Assembly: GCF_009914755.1 (NCBI RefSeq)
Contig: NC_060927.1
Origin: the human T2T-CHM13v2.0 reference genome, Homo sapiens
DNA: 64,000 bases
Strand: one strand, 5' to 3'
Part shown: positions 1 to 15,500 of the stretch, piece by piece
Layout: each line of letters opens with the position of its first letter
How positions within the stretch are numbered: position 1 is the first letter of the stretch
Notes under the pieces: generated by a model
Database searches by the model: none
The model's input: only the letters and a program-made list of their open reading frames with translations
Told to the model about the DNA's origin: nothing
Position numbers and translations under genes: made by a program

Positions 1-80
1 ACTGTGTTACAACCAACTAGTGTAGCCCACACAGCAACTGGATCTGGATCTTCCACCGCAGCATGTAACTATACCAGTTA

Positions 81-271
81 CATGTTTCCCAAACCTGGCA
101 AACATCAGAATCACTTGAGAGTTGTTTTTAAAATATCTCGATTGCAAACACCTTATATTTTTCCTAATTTTGAGGAGTCAGCCCAAGAACCTGTGTATGT
201 TCTTAAAGTTTCTCAGCTGATTCTTATTTTCATTCAATACTGTTGCACAGATAAGCACTTGGAAACAACTG
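81..271. mobile_element. MER5-like hAT-Charlie MITE, degenerate
   Basis: Ends resemble inverted repeats (catgtttcccaa / ttggaaacaactg); internal catcagaatcac and ctgattct motifs. Confidence 0.55.
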
Positions 272-459
272 CTTTAAGCAGTAGAGCTAACCAATTACAA
301 ACATGATTTACCACATACTACAAGAATGAATATGTAGTCATGTACCTATATTGAATCACATTCTTTTTTAACCAGTAACTGATTTAAATATTCAATTTAT
401 AATTTGGAAGTGCCATGATTTCCGATCAGAATATTTCTGGATCTCTGAAAAATAGCAAA

Positions 460-1492
<1,033 letters not shown>

Positions 1493-3113
1493 TGATATTA
1501 ATACCTGTATCACATTATTTTATTGTACTGTTTTATCATTTAATTTCTCTGTTGTGACCTGCCATCCATGTTCAGCTCAGACAAGAAATTCTTTGTGACT
1601 GACTGACAAGAGGATGTTTTTTCTCAACCATTGCTGACCATATTGGAAATTTTAGACATTAAAGAAGAGCTGCTTAGAAATTAGAGTATATAAAGATGTT
1701 GTTAGAAACTTTAGAAACTCTAGCAAAGGGTCCATTAAAGAAATAAAATTCCCTGATAATTTTTTTAATAAAGTTAATTTTCTTTTTGACAGGTGAAAGA
1801 GGCCATTCCCATATTAAACTCTGCTGTTAAATGAGTAGCTTATTTCTAACTAAGTTAAGCCAGGAGATGAGTCCCTTTGTTTAACACTTCTTAAAGTAAA
1901 AGTTAACATCCTGCCTTTATCTAATTGCTATCAAAGACATTAGTCTATTTGGCTCTAGCATGATTCAATTGCATGAGGTCATGCAGCCTAGCTGTAATAA
2001 CTTAAAGTGCTTCACTTGGTGATAAGGAAATATATTAAAATGCTCTCAGGTTTATTACTGCCTAAGGTCATGCTTTATGGTCAGTCCATTTACTGAAGTT
2101 GTGTTGTAATAGCACTAACCTGAACTCACATTTTTAAGTCTTTCAATACAAGAAACACGCTAAGTTTTAAGAAATTATGCTTGTATTTTAATCCACTTAA
2201 AGTTTATTATTTTCATTTTACCACTTGGTAGTGGAGTTGGAAATAGTTTTGTTATCTCGTCACTAAAAGCATACATAAAAGGTTTTTTCCTTCAGCCTTA
2301 ATTTTTGAAAACAAATTTTAAAACTTTAGAAAAACTCTGCTATGTGAATGGGAAGGCTTTGATTTAATTTCATTTTCACTTTGATTTCAAATCTTTCTTT
2401 ATACTTTCATAAATAACCAAATGCAAGCAGGTTCTTCCAAGTCCACCCTTTGTATCCCACATGAGCATGTGCTGCTTCATTAGGCTGGCTCAACCACCTG
2501 GTGTGGAATCTTCAGCCTCAAGAGACTATCTTAACATCTGGCATTAGCTATGATCTTTGTGCATGTATGCTTAATCTTTTTATTGACATTTTATAAAGAA
2601 AAAATGTGGGACAAATTATGAATGGATATAGAGCAATACAAAATAAAGTTGTAGTTTATTTTTATATAATTTATATATTTAGTTTATTTTATGTAAAACA
2701 AACCAGTAAAAAACATGGGTAGTATTTCAAATTAATTTATCTTCAAATTTAGTGTGATGTATGTTATATAAAAGATATTTATGTAAAATATTGTTGGTTG
2801 AGTTATTAACCTAGGGTCAAATGCAGTCATCCTTAAAAAAAATTATATACTTTGTTCTGTAATTGAATACATTGTTGTAGCTTTTTTAGTATCATTTCTA
2901 ATAGAGTAAAATTTAGGATGATTTGATAGTAAAACAGGAAAAGGGATTAGTATCTTACTAACCTTCTGAAAGATAATATAGTTGAGTTTCTGAACTAGGA
3001 AATATTGAGATAATGTATGAAAGGAAATGTTTTCTTATCACAGAACAACTAAAGAATATTATCCATTATGTGGTGAAAAAACATAAAGGGAGTTATTGAA
3101 TAAGTATAACTGA

Positions 3114-3490
<377 letters not shown>

Positions 3491-5047
3491 CCTTCAATTT
3501 TTTTAAAGGATTAAAAGAAGCTAAATTATTCTTAGTGCAATTCTTTAAATTATCCTGTGTATTTAAAATGGAGCAAAACTGGCACCGTGTGCAGAAAATA
3601 AAAGTAGTATGTAGTGATGTAAAGTATCATTATTTTATTTGTATATTTATAGATATAGTTATTCCATTTAGTAGTAGTTAAATTTTTAAAAGCAAATTAA
3701 GAATGAATTATCAAATAAGGTAGAGCTGTCATTTTTATCTATTTAATTTAGATAAAGTAGACATTACACTTCATAATGTATTTACTTGGATATGGGACTA
3801 TGTTGAGAACATATGTGATAGATCTGTAGGTGAATGGAGAGAAATTTGTGCTTTGGAGCCCAAGAGATGGAAACTGATGCTAATCTTAATCTGCTGACCT
3901 GCTGAATGATCTTGATTAGTGTTCATATTATACACGTACTGCTGAGATTGGGAAGATTGTGCAGCTACTAAATGCATTGCTATGATAACTTAAAAGGACA
4001 AAGATTAACAGTGGTGTTGAACACTAATGTGATAGAACAGATTCACCAAGTGTAATTTTAGCAGTTGAAGACAAACTTCTCTAATAATTTGTGGAGGGAG
4101 TAGAGATGTCATTTATTATTCTGATATTTATGAGGTCAGTACATTAAACTCTATAAAACTTTTGCTTTTCAATAATTGTCTTTTGCTGCCCTATTTTGAT
4201 ATTAACTGAAACTGATAATTTTATCATAGTTTTCCCAGTTAATGTGGCTTATATGATAGCTATCTCATTTCCTCTTGTCTACTAGGAAATAGCCCAGAAG
4301 AAAGAGGTGTAAAATAAATAAAATCATAATTAAAGCAGTACATTCACTGAAAACCTCTTTGCCCATTTAAGATTTTTAATTTCACAAATGTAAAAATGAG
4401 AAGTGTTCTTCATGTGGATCCCTAGTGATCAGAAATGGTTTATGGTACCTTATGTATGGAATGATGTAAACTTGAACTGACTTTCACAGCCAGATCACTC
4501 AATCTATTACAAGATTATCCAGGAGTATTGGAGAGGCAGGATTTTGCTTTGTTTTGTTTTGGTTTGGTTTGGTTTTTTTGGTGTTTATTGCCTGAGTTAG
4601 GTATGGCTCTTTGGATCCCAAACGAAGAATGTTAAGGCTTTCGGTATAATTGGCTTTGTTATAATAAAATTGTATGTTTTAACTGATTGACAACTGGTAA
4701 AAGGGGACTTTAACTGAAAATTTTAGTTAAATTAAGTTAGCCATTTTGAATGTTTAACAATTTAATATTTATGGACATGTGTTTGATTATCTTTGATTAT
4801 CAAATTATATGCTGAAGTAATGAAAATAAAGATAACTCAGTATAATTTTCATGTATGATTATAGAACATATCAACAGTGAAAAACTTTTACTTTTGACAC
4901 CTCGTGCTATGGGTTGGAACATTCTGAGTGGAATGTCATTTATCCAGAGGTTTTGCCTTTTTATATAAAATATGAAAAGGAAGGTGATGTTTCAAGGAAA
5001 ATATTTTAGATCTCAGTAGCATTTTTTATGAGTTTTTTAAACCTGTG

Positions 5048-5417
5048 TGTATTAGTCCATTTTCACACTGCTATAAAGAACTACCTGAGACTAGGTAATT
5101 AATAAAGAAAAAAGGTTTAATTGACTTACAGTTCCACATGGCTGGGGGAGGCCTCAGGAAACAATCATAGCAGAAGGCAAAGGCGAAGCAAGGCATGTTT
5201 TACATGGCAGCAAGAGAGAGAGAGTGGGCGAGCAAGGGGGAACTGTCAGACACTTTTAAACCATCAGATCTCATGAGAACTCACTCACTATTACAAGAAC
5301 AGCATGGGGGAATCCACCCCTATGATTCAGTTACCTCCCACCAGGTCCCTCCCTTGAGATGTGAGGATTACAATTCAAAATGAGATTCAGGTGGGGACAC
5401 AGAGCCAAACCATATCA
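5048..5417 (-). mobile_element. MaLR solo LTR (THE1D/MSTA-like)
   Basis: tgtattagtccattttcacactgctataaag ... agagccaaaccatatca, TG..CA termini, 370 bp. Confidence 0.9.
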
Positions 5418-6644
5418 CTCTAAGTTGTATATATTTAATCTGAGCTTTTCCTAAGTGTTAAGTAATAACCTGACAGTTTTTAAAGCCATAATATATTTTC
5501 AAACAGTACTCCCATTATAAGATTAGACAATTTTGAACAAATCTGGTCAAAGCTACTATTTGACTGTTTTAGTTACAGAATGTTCTCTGGATAGCTGCAG
5601 ATGATATAGGAAATTGTTCTAAACATCTTCTTCCCCCCAATATAGTCCAGAAATGGGCTGGGAGGTGGAGAAATTCTCTTTATTTTTCTCCCTCTGCCAC
5701 TTCCCCAGAAGGAAAGTGCCAGTTGCTTCTGGTTAATTGAGCTTTATCCTGACTTCTGTTCTCACTCTTCAAGTTTACATTTTATTTATCTTCTCAGTGC
5801 CATTTTATTTCCTCTTTTTCCTATTTAAATTAAGTCATAAAATGTTAGAACTGTAAGGAATCGTCAAGATCATAATCTAGTTTAGCTTTCTCATTGCTGT
5901 CTTTACAACTAAGAATTTATTTTCTTTTATCTCCTTTCTATCCCCACCCTGCTCCCACTCCTCCCCCGCAACACACACAGACAACCTTTGCCAGAAGAAA
6001 TGTAGTGAAGAGGAAAAAGCAAAACCAGATTAAGGGGAGAAATGTGTTTCTAAGACTGTGATGCAGAGAAAGAAGCTCTAAATGTCATCTTGCTTGGGAA
6101 AGTGGCCATTTCTGTCAGAGAAAAGTGCTCTATAACGACAGGCAATAAACCAAAAGAGGCAGTCATAGTATTTTAATTAACTCTACTGGAGGGGGAGTGG
6201 GAATCTTAAGTAGGGTCACAGAATTGGAGGAAGTAGATTGAAGTAAAGTGAGATTTGTTAAATCTCTTTTAACAAATGCTGTAAGAAGCCCTAATCATCA
6301 TCTACTGAGTTGAAGCAGTAGGTCATTGTTCACAACTAAGCAGTTATTGAGTAGCTTGCATTGGAGGCACCAATAAACTTTTATTCTCCCCAGTAGAAGT
6401 CTTTGAAGCAGTTTTAATCAGGTCCTGTACTCATGTTTTAAAATTTAGACTTTTAGTTTGTTTTCTGTTATGGGGTGAGAAGGGAAAGGGGAGACTGGGT
6501 AGAGAATATTTAGGAAGCAGGAAAATAGGAAATATTTTGTGCCTCATACCTCTCATTTAGAGTTATTTCTAAAACAACTTTTTGTTTTTTAAAGAAATGC
6601 TCTATACCCGAGTCAAATTAGAGAAAATAGATTTTTTGATGTAC

Positions 6645-7037
6645 TGTTAAAAAACAAAATTAGTCAAATTTAGCATACTTCAATTGAGCTAAGAATAATT
6701 CACATATCAAGCACCCCTCAAAACCAGAAGGGGGTCAGAGAGCTTCATTCCACAATATGGGCAGGCAGCATTTATGGACAGAAAATGGAAGTGAGGTACA
6801 GAAACAGCCTGATTGTTTGCAGCTCAGCATTTGACTCATTTGGACATGGAATGATCAGTTGGCCATCTGTGATTGACTGAAGCTCAGCTACTGTGATAGG
6901 CTGAGACTCAGCTGGTTGTCACATAAGTATATCCTTATATTAGGCTTTCAGTTACTTTACCTACTAAATTAGGTTCCAGTTAGTTACATAAGGACTCGAG
7001 TATGGAGGCATCCTTTAGGCCAAATTTAGTTTAATTT
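6645..7037 (-). mobile_element. ERV1 solo LTR (MER57E-like)
   Basis: Reverse complement starts ttaaactaaatttggcctaaaggatgcctccatac, resembling the MER57 5' end; about 390 bp. Confidence 0.65.
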
Positions 7038-7183
7038 ATAAATATCCAAGGAAGTAAAAACAAGAAAGATTTAAGACTAGAATAAACATACCTGAGATAG
7101 ATTACAAAAATAAAAGTGGAGGAGGGGGTAGTTTAAAAGACTAAAGCAATGAAATTATTGAAATTATTTTATCACTTCAATAT

Positions 7184-8325
7184 TAGTCACATGCTGCTTA
7201 TTGACAGGGATACATTCTGAGAAATGTCATTAGGTGTCATTTTGCAAACATTGTAGAGTATACTCTCACAAACCTAGGTGGTATAGCCTACTACACACCT
7301 CAACTATATGGTATAGCCCGCTGCTCCTAGGCTACAGACCTTTACAGCAAGTTACTCTGTAGGCATTCATAATGCACTGGTAAATATTTGTGTCTCAAAA
7401 CATAGAAAAGTTTGGTAAAAATATGATATAAAAGATTTTTTAAATGGTACATCTATATAGGGCACTTAACCATAAATGGAGTTGTAGAACTGGAAGTTGC
7501 TCTAGGCAAGTCAGTGAGTGGTGAGTGAATTTGAAGGCCGAGGACATTACTGTCCACTACTGTGGACTTTATAAACACTGTACGTTAGGCTATACTAAGT
7601 GTATAGAAAGCATTTTTTTCTTCAATAATAAATTAACCTTAGCTTACTGTAACTTTTTTACTTTATAAACTTTAAATTAAATTTAAATTTTAAAACTTTT
7701 TAGCTCTTCTGCAATAACACTTAAAACACAAATATTATACACTGTACAAAAATATTTTTCTTATACCTTTATTCTTTAAGCATTTCCTCTATTTGCAGTT
7801 TTTTTTAACTGTTTTAACTTTAAAACTTTTTCGTTAAAACTAGGACTCAAACACATACGTTAGCCTAAGCTTTCACAGGGTCAGAATTGTCAATATCAAC
7901 GTCTTCCACCTCTATATCTTGTACCACCAGAAGGTGTTTAGGGGCAATAACATGCATGGAGCTGTCGTCTCTTATGGTAATGATATCTTCTTCTAGAATA
8001 CCTCCAAAAGGCCCTGCCTGAGGCTGTTATGATAAAAAATATAGTATAGTAAACACATAAACCAGTAACATAGTCATTTATCAGCAAGTATTATGTGCTC
8101 TACATAATTGTATGTGCTATAGTTTTATAAGACTGGCAGCGCTGCTTTGTTTCCACCAGCATCACCACAGATGCATGAGTTATGTGTTGTGCCACAATGT
8201 TAGGGTAGCTATGACATCACTGGGCAATAGGAATTTTCAACCCCAGTATTATAATCTTGTGGAACCACCGTTGTGTATTTTATATGCAGCCTGTTATTGA
8301 CCAACACATTTTTGCACATTACATA
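7184..8325. mobile_element. Tigger3/MER7 (GOLEM) non-autonomous DNA transposon
   Basis: gggatacattctgagaaatg ... acaaacctaggtggtatagcctactacacacc ... ctcctaggctaca signature; ~1.1 kb. Confidence 0.85.
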
Positions 8326-8366
8326 ATTTTCTTCATATAAAGCAAGATCTCCAATATGAATTGTTT

Positions 8367-8699
<333 letters not shown>

Positions 8700-8800
8700 T
8701 GAATTGTTTATGCAACATTTAGTTTCTGATTATGCACACATTGCCCACAGTCACTCAGAAAACTTAAGTAATTGAAATGTGTTTTAGTGACAGCTTAAGT

Positions 8801-9016
8801 CAGAGGTCAGCAAACTAAGACCAATCAGCCAAATCCAGCCCACCACCAAGTTTTATAAAGTACTGTTGAAATAAAAGCCACTCTCATTTGTTTACATATT
8901 GTCAATGGCTGCGTTTGTGCTGCAACAGCAGAATTGAATAGTTGTGACAGAGACTTATGGCCTACAAAGCCTAAAATACTGTCTTGCCCTTTACGGCAAA
9001 AGTTTGCTGACGCCTG
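8801..9016. mobile_element. MER58A hAT-Charlie MITE
   Basis: TIRs cagaggtcagcaaact / agtttgctgacgcctg; 8-bp TSD gcttaagt / gcttaaat. Confidence 0.9.
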
Positions 9017-9387
9017 GCTTAAATAAGAAAGTAATTCTAATACCAAAATACAATTACAAATATAATGTGAAATATAATTATATATCTATATATACATACA
9101 CACATATGTTATATAGGTACAAGTGTACATAAAAGAGAAATTATTGGGGAATGATCTCTTCTTTTGTGGTATTTGTGCCCCTCTACTACTCTTGCCTAGC
9201 TTTTTTTGCCCTGCATATTAAAAATTAGTATTACATTCTTTATAAAATATATCTAGCGGTGCAATTGGGGCACAAAATTTACTCTATGAATAGTTACTCT
9301 TCCTCTGAATAACTGAATTTTGATTTTATGTATTTGTCATATTTTTGCATACTTGGGAGATCGGATTTCTGTTTAAACAGGATAGAC

Positions 9388-9559
9388 TAGTGGTTTTCAA
9401 GCTTTAGTGTGCCTCAAAATCACCTGGAGACTGATTGTTCCACTCCCAGAGTTTCTGATTCAGGGGGTCTGAGATAGGGACTAAGGATTGCAGTGCTAAG
9501 AAGTACACCCAGGTGATGCCGATACAATTGGTCTGGAGAGCACACTTCGAGAACCACTG
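9388..9559. mobile_element. MER5A hAT-Charlie MITE
   Basis: TIRs tagtggttttcaag / ttcgagaaccactg; 8-bp TSD ggatagac / gaatagac. Confidence 0.88.
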
Positions 9560-9672
9560 GAATAGACCTTCATTATAGTAAAAGAGTAATAGGGACCCAT
9601 GGAAAGACAGCATTCACTGAGATAGCCTGAGTCTTCTGAAAATTTACCACCCTTTCCCAGAGTTGGCCTTGT

Positions 9673-10072
9673 GGCATTATGGACATGAACACTGTTTTAC
9701 AAAACATGCTGAAGACTGCCCTCATCCATGATGGCTTAACATGTGGAATTTGCAAAGCTGCCAAAGCCTTAGACAAGTTCCAAGCCCACCTTTACATGTT
9801 TGCATCCAGCTTTGGTCTGTGATGAGCCTGTGTATGTCATGTTGGTGGTGGCCCTTTGTGCTGAACACCAAATCTACCTAAGTAAGGTTGATGACCGTAA
9901 GAAACTAGGGGAAGAGATAGGCCTCAGAGAGGGAAAACCCTATAAAGTCATTGGTTGCAATTGTGTAGTAGTTAAGGACTATGGCAAAGAATCTCAGGCC
10001 AAGGATGTCATTGACGAGTACTTCAGATACAAAAAAAATAAGCAAATAAAAATTTTGGCTTATGGAAAAAAA
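9673..10072 (+). pseudogene. Processed pseudogene of ribosomal protein S12 (RPS12/eS12)
   Basis: Intronless. Reads [31 protein letters not shown], then frameshifts to [60 protein letters not shown] at 10045 and a short A remnant. Confidence 0.93.
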
Positions 10073-10144
10073 GAGAGAGGGTTTAAGTAGAGATGAAAAG
10101 CAGAATATAAAATAGAATATATACTATGAAAAAATTTTTAATTT

Positions 10145-10349
10145 AAAATTTTTTAATTGTGGTAAAATAATACATAAGAAATCTTACCGTCTTAACCATT
10201 TTAAGTATACAGTTCAGTAGTGTTATGTATATTCACACTGTTGTACAACAGATCTCCAGAACTTTTTCATCTTGCAAAACTGAAACTCTATACCCATTAA
10301 ACTATAACTCCCCCTTCCCCCTCCCCCCTAGCCCCTGGCAACCACCATT
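10145..10349 (-). mobile_element. L1MB-type 3' end fragment
   Basis: ttttaattgtggtaaaat ... catcttgcaaaactgaaactctatacccattaaac ... cccctggcaaccaccatt. Confidence 0.8.
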
Positions 10350-10411
10350 AGGAGTGTACCTACTTTTTTTTCCATAAGTTATTGGGGTACAGGTGGTATT
10401 TCGTTACATGA

Positions 10412-10841
<430 letters not shown>

Positions 10842-12202
10842 CATTGTATCATTCTTACGTCTTTGTGTCTTCACAGCTTAGCTCCCACATATCAGTGAGA
10901 AGATACAATGTTTGGTTTTCCATTCCTGAGTTGCTTCACTTAGAATAATAGTCTCCAGTATCATCCAGGTTGCTGCAAATGCTGTTAATTAATTCCTTTT
11001 TATGGCTGAGTAGTATTCCATCGTGTGTGTATATATATACACACATATCTCACAGTTTATTTATCCACTTGTTGATTGATGGGCATTTGAGTTGGTTTCA
11101 CGATTTGCACTTATGAATTGTGCTGCTATAAACATGAGTGTGCAAGTATCTTTTTCATATAATGACTTCTTTTCCTTTGGGTAGATAGATACCCAGTAGT
11201 GGGATTGCTGGATCAAATGGTAGTTCTACCTTTAGTTCTTTAAGGAATCTCCATGCTGTTTTCCATAGCAGCTGTATTAGTTTACATTCCCACTAGCAGT
11301 GTAGAAGTGTTCCCTGATCATCGCATCCATGCCAACATCTTTTTTTTTTTTTTTATGGCCGTTCTTGCAGGAGTAAAGTAGTGTTGCACTGTGGTTTGGA
11401 TTTGCATTTCCCTGATCATTGGTGATGTTGAGCATTTTTTCATTTATCTGTTGGCCATTTGTATATCTTCTTTTGAGAATTGTCTATTCATGTCCTTAGT
11501 CCACTTTTTGATGGCATTGTTTTGTTTTGTTTTGTTTTCTTACTGATTTGAGTTCTTTGTAGATTCTGGATATTAGTCCTTTGTCAGATGTGTAGATCGT
11601 GAATATTTTCTCCCACCCTGTGGGTTGTCTGTTTACTCTTCTGACTGTTCCTTTTGCCATGGAAAAGCTCTTTAGTTTAATTAAGTCCCAACTATTTATC
11701 TTTGTTTTTATTGCATTTGCTTTTGGGTTCTTGGTTGTGACATCCTTGCCTAAACCAACGTCTAGAAGGGTTTTTACAATGTTATCTTCTAGAATTTTTA
11801 TAGTTTCAGGTCTTAGATTTAAGACCTTAATCCATCTTGAGTTGATTTTTGTACAAGGTAAGAGATGAGGATTCAGTTTCATTCTCCTACATGTGGCTAG
11901 CCAATTATCCCATCACCATTTATTGAAAAGGGTGTCCTTTCCCTACTTTATGTTTTTGTTTGCTTTGTCGAAGATCAGTTGGCTGGAAGTATTTGGGTTT
12001 ATTTCCGTGTTCTCTATTCTGTTCCATTAGTCTATGTGCCTATTTTTATACCAGTACCACACTGTTTTGGTGACTATGGCCTTATAGTATAGTTTGAAAT
12101 CAGGCCGTGTGATGCTTCCAGATTTGTTCTTTTTGCTTAATCTTGCATTGGCTATGCAGGCTCATTTTTGGTTCCATATGAATTTTAGAATTGTTTTTTT
12201 CT

Positions 12203-12510
<308 letters not shown>

Positions 12511-15500
12511 CTAATTCTGTGAAGAATGATGGTGGTATTTTGATGGGGATTGCACTGAATTTGTAGATTGCTTTTGGCAGTATGGTCATTTTCACAATAT
12601 TGATTCCACCCATCCATGGTATGGGATGTGTTTCCATTTGTTTGTGTCATCTATGATTTCTTTCAGCAGTGTTTTGTAGTTTTCCTTGTAGAGGTCTTTC
12701 AGCTCCTTCATTAGGTATATTCCTAAGTATTTTATTTATTTTTCAGCTATTGTAAAAGGGGCTGAGTTCTTGATTTGATTCTCCAGTTGGTCGCTGTTAG
12801 TGTATAGAAAAGCTACTGATTTGTATACGTTAATTTGCTGAATTATTTTATCGGTTCTAGGAGCTTTCTGGAGGAGCCTTTAGGGTTTTCAAGGTAATTG
12901 ATCATATCGTCAGCAAACGGTGACAGTTTGACTCCCTCTTTACCTATTTGGATGCCCTTTATTTCCTTTTCTTGTCTGATTGCTCTGGCTATGACTTCGA
13001 GTACTATGTTGAAGAGGAGTGGTGAGAGTGGGCATCCTTGTCTTGTTCCAGCTCTCAGAGGGAATGCTTTCAACTCTTCCCCATTCAGTATTATGTTGGC
13101 TGTGAGTTTGTCATAAATGGCTTTTATTACATTGAGGTATGTCCCTTGTATGCCGATTTTGCTGAGAGTTTTAATCATAAAGTGATGCTGGATTTTGTTG
13201 AATGCTTTTTCTGCATCTATTGAGATGATCATGTGATTTTTGTTTTTAATTATGCTTATGTGGTGTATGACATTTATTGACTTGCATATGTTAAACTATC
13301 CCTGCATCCCTCATATGAAACCTACTTCATCATGGTGGGTTATCTTTTCAAAATGTTGTTGGATTCAGTGAGCTGGTATTTTGTTAAGCATTTTAGCATC
13401 TATGTTCATCAAGGATATCGGTCTGTAGTGTTCTTTTTTTGGTTATGTCCTTTCCTGGTTTTGGTATTAGGGTGATGCTGGCTTCATAGAATGAATTGGG
13501 GAGGGTTCCTACTTTCTCTGTCTTGAGGAATAGTGTCAAAAGGATTGGTACCAATTCTTTGAATATCGGTAGAATTCTGCTGAGTCCTTCTGGTCCTGGG
13601 CTTTTTTTTGTTGATAATTTTTTTAATTACCATTTCAATCTCACTGCTCATTATTGGTCTGTTCAGGATATCTAATTCTTGCTGATTTAAGCTAGGAGGG
13701 TTGTATTTTTCCAGGAATTTATCCATCTCTTCTAGGTTTTCTAGTTTATGTACATAAAGGTGTTCATAGTAGCCTTGAATGATCTACAAAAGATCATTCA
13801 CTGGTGTGAGTTTAATATCTCCTGTTTCATTTCTTAATGAGGTTATTTGGATTTCCTCTCTTTTCTGGGTTAATCTTGTTAATTATCTATCAATTTTATT
13901 TATCTTTCAAAGAACCAGCTTTTTGTTTTGTTTATCTTTTGTATTTTTTTTGTTTCAATTTCATTTAGTTCTGCTCTGATCTTGGTTATGTCCTTTCTTC
14001 TGCTGAGTTTGGGTTTGTTTTTTTCTTGTTTCTCTAGTTCCTTGAGGTGTGACCTTAGAATGTCAGTTTGTGCTCTGTCAGTCTTTTTGATGTAGGTGTT
14101 TAGGGCTATGAACTTTCCTCTTAGCACTGCCTTTGCTGTAGCCCAGAGGTTTTGATTGATTGTGTCATTACTGTCATTCAGTTCGAAGAATTTTTAAATT
14201 CCTATCTTGATTTCATTTTAGATCCAATGCTCATTCAGGAGCAGGTTATTTAATTTCCATGTATTTTCATGGTTTTGAAGCTTCCTTTTGGAATTAATTT
14301 CCAGTTTTATTCCAGTGTGATCTGAGAGAATGCTTGATAAAATTTCAGTTTTCTTAAATGTATCAAGCCTCATTTTATGGCCTATCTTATGGTCTATCTT
14401 GGAGAAAGTTCCATGAGCTGTTGAATAGAATGTGTATTCTGGGGTTGTTGGTTGAAATGTTCCGTATATATCTGCTAAGTCCATTTGTTCCAAGGTATAG
14501 TTTAAATCCAGTTTCTTTGTTGACTTTCTGTCTTGATGACCTGTCTAATGCTGTCAGTGGAGTATTGAAGTCCCCTACTATTATTGTGTTGCTGTCTATC
14601 TCATTTCTTAGATCTATTAGTAATTGTTTTATAAATTTGGGAGCTCCAGTTTTAGGTGCATATATGTGATATTTTCCTGTTGGACAAGGCCTTTTGTCGT
14701 TATATAATGTCCCTCTTCGTCTTTTTTTAACTGCTGTTGCTTTAAAGTTTCTTTTGTCTGATATAAGAATAGCTACCCCTGCTCACTGTTGGTGTCCATT
14801 TGCATGAAATGCCTTTTCTGCCCCTTTACTTTAAATTTGTGTGAGTCCTTATGTGTTAGGTAAGTCTCCTGAAGGCAGCAAATAGTTGATTGGTAAGTTC
14901 TTATCCATTCTGCGGTTCTGTATCTTCTAAGTGGAGCATTTAGGCCATTTACATTCAATGTTAGTATTGAGATGTGAGGTACAGTTGCATTCATTGTGCT
15001 ATTTGCTGCCTGTGTATTTTGTTTTTTGTTTTGTTTTTGCTTTTTAACTTGTATTTTTGTGTTATAGATCCTGTGTGATTTATGCTTTAGAGAGGTTTTG
15101 TTTTGATGTATTTCCAGGATTCATTTCAAGATTTAGAGTTCCTTTTAGCAGGTCTTGCAGTGGTGGCTAATGGCAAATTCTTCCAGCATTTTTGACTGAA
15201 AAAGACTGTATCTTTCCTTCATATATGAGGCTTAGTTTTGCTAGATACAAAATTCTTGGCTAATAATTGTTTTGTTTGAGAAGGCTGAAGATACGGCCCC
15301 AATCTCTGCTAGTTTGTAGGGTTTCTGCTGATAAATCTGCTGTTAATCTGATAGGTTTTCCTTTATAGGTTACCTGGTACTTCTGTCTCACAGCTCTTAA
15401 GATTCTTTCCTTCATCTTAACTTTGGATAACCTGATGACAATGTGCCTAGGTGATGATCTTTTTGCAGTGAATTTCCTGGGTGTTCTTTGTGCTTCTTGT

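Noticed and set aside
4-306. 100-aa ORF at the window start
   Set aside because: Non-ATG start, overlaps a MER5-like element, no recognisable protein.
1776-1800. Acceptor-like ttttctttttgacag as an extra RSRC1 exon
   Set aside because: No convincing downstream donor or RSRC1-like peptide.
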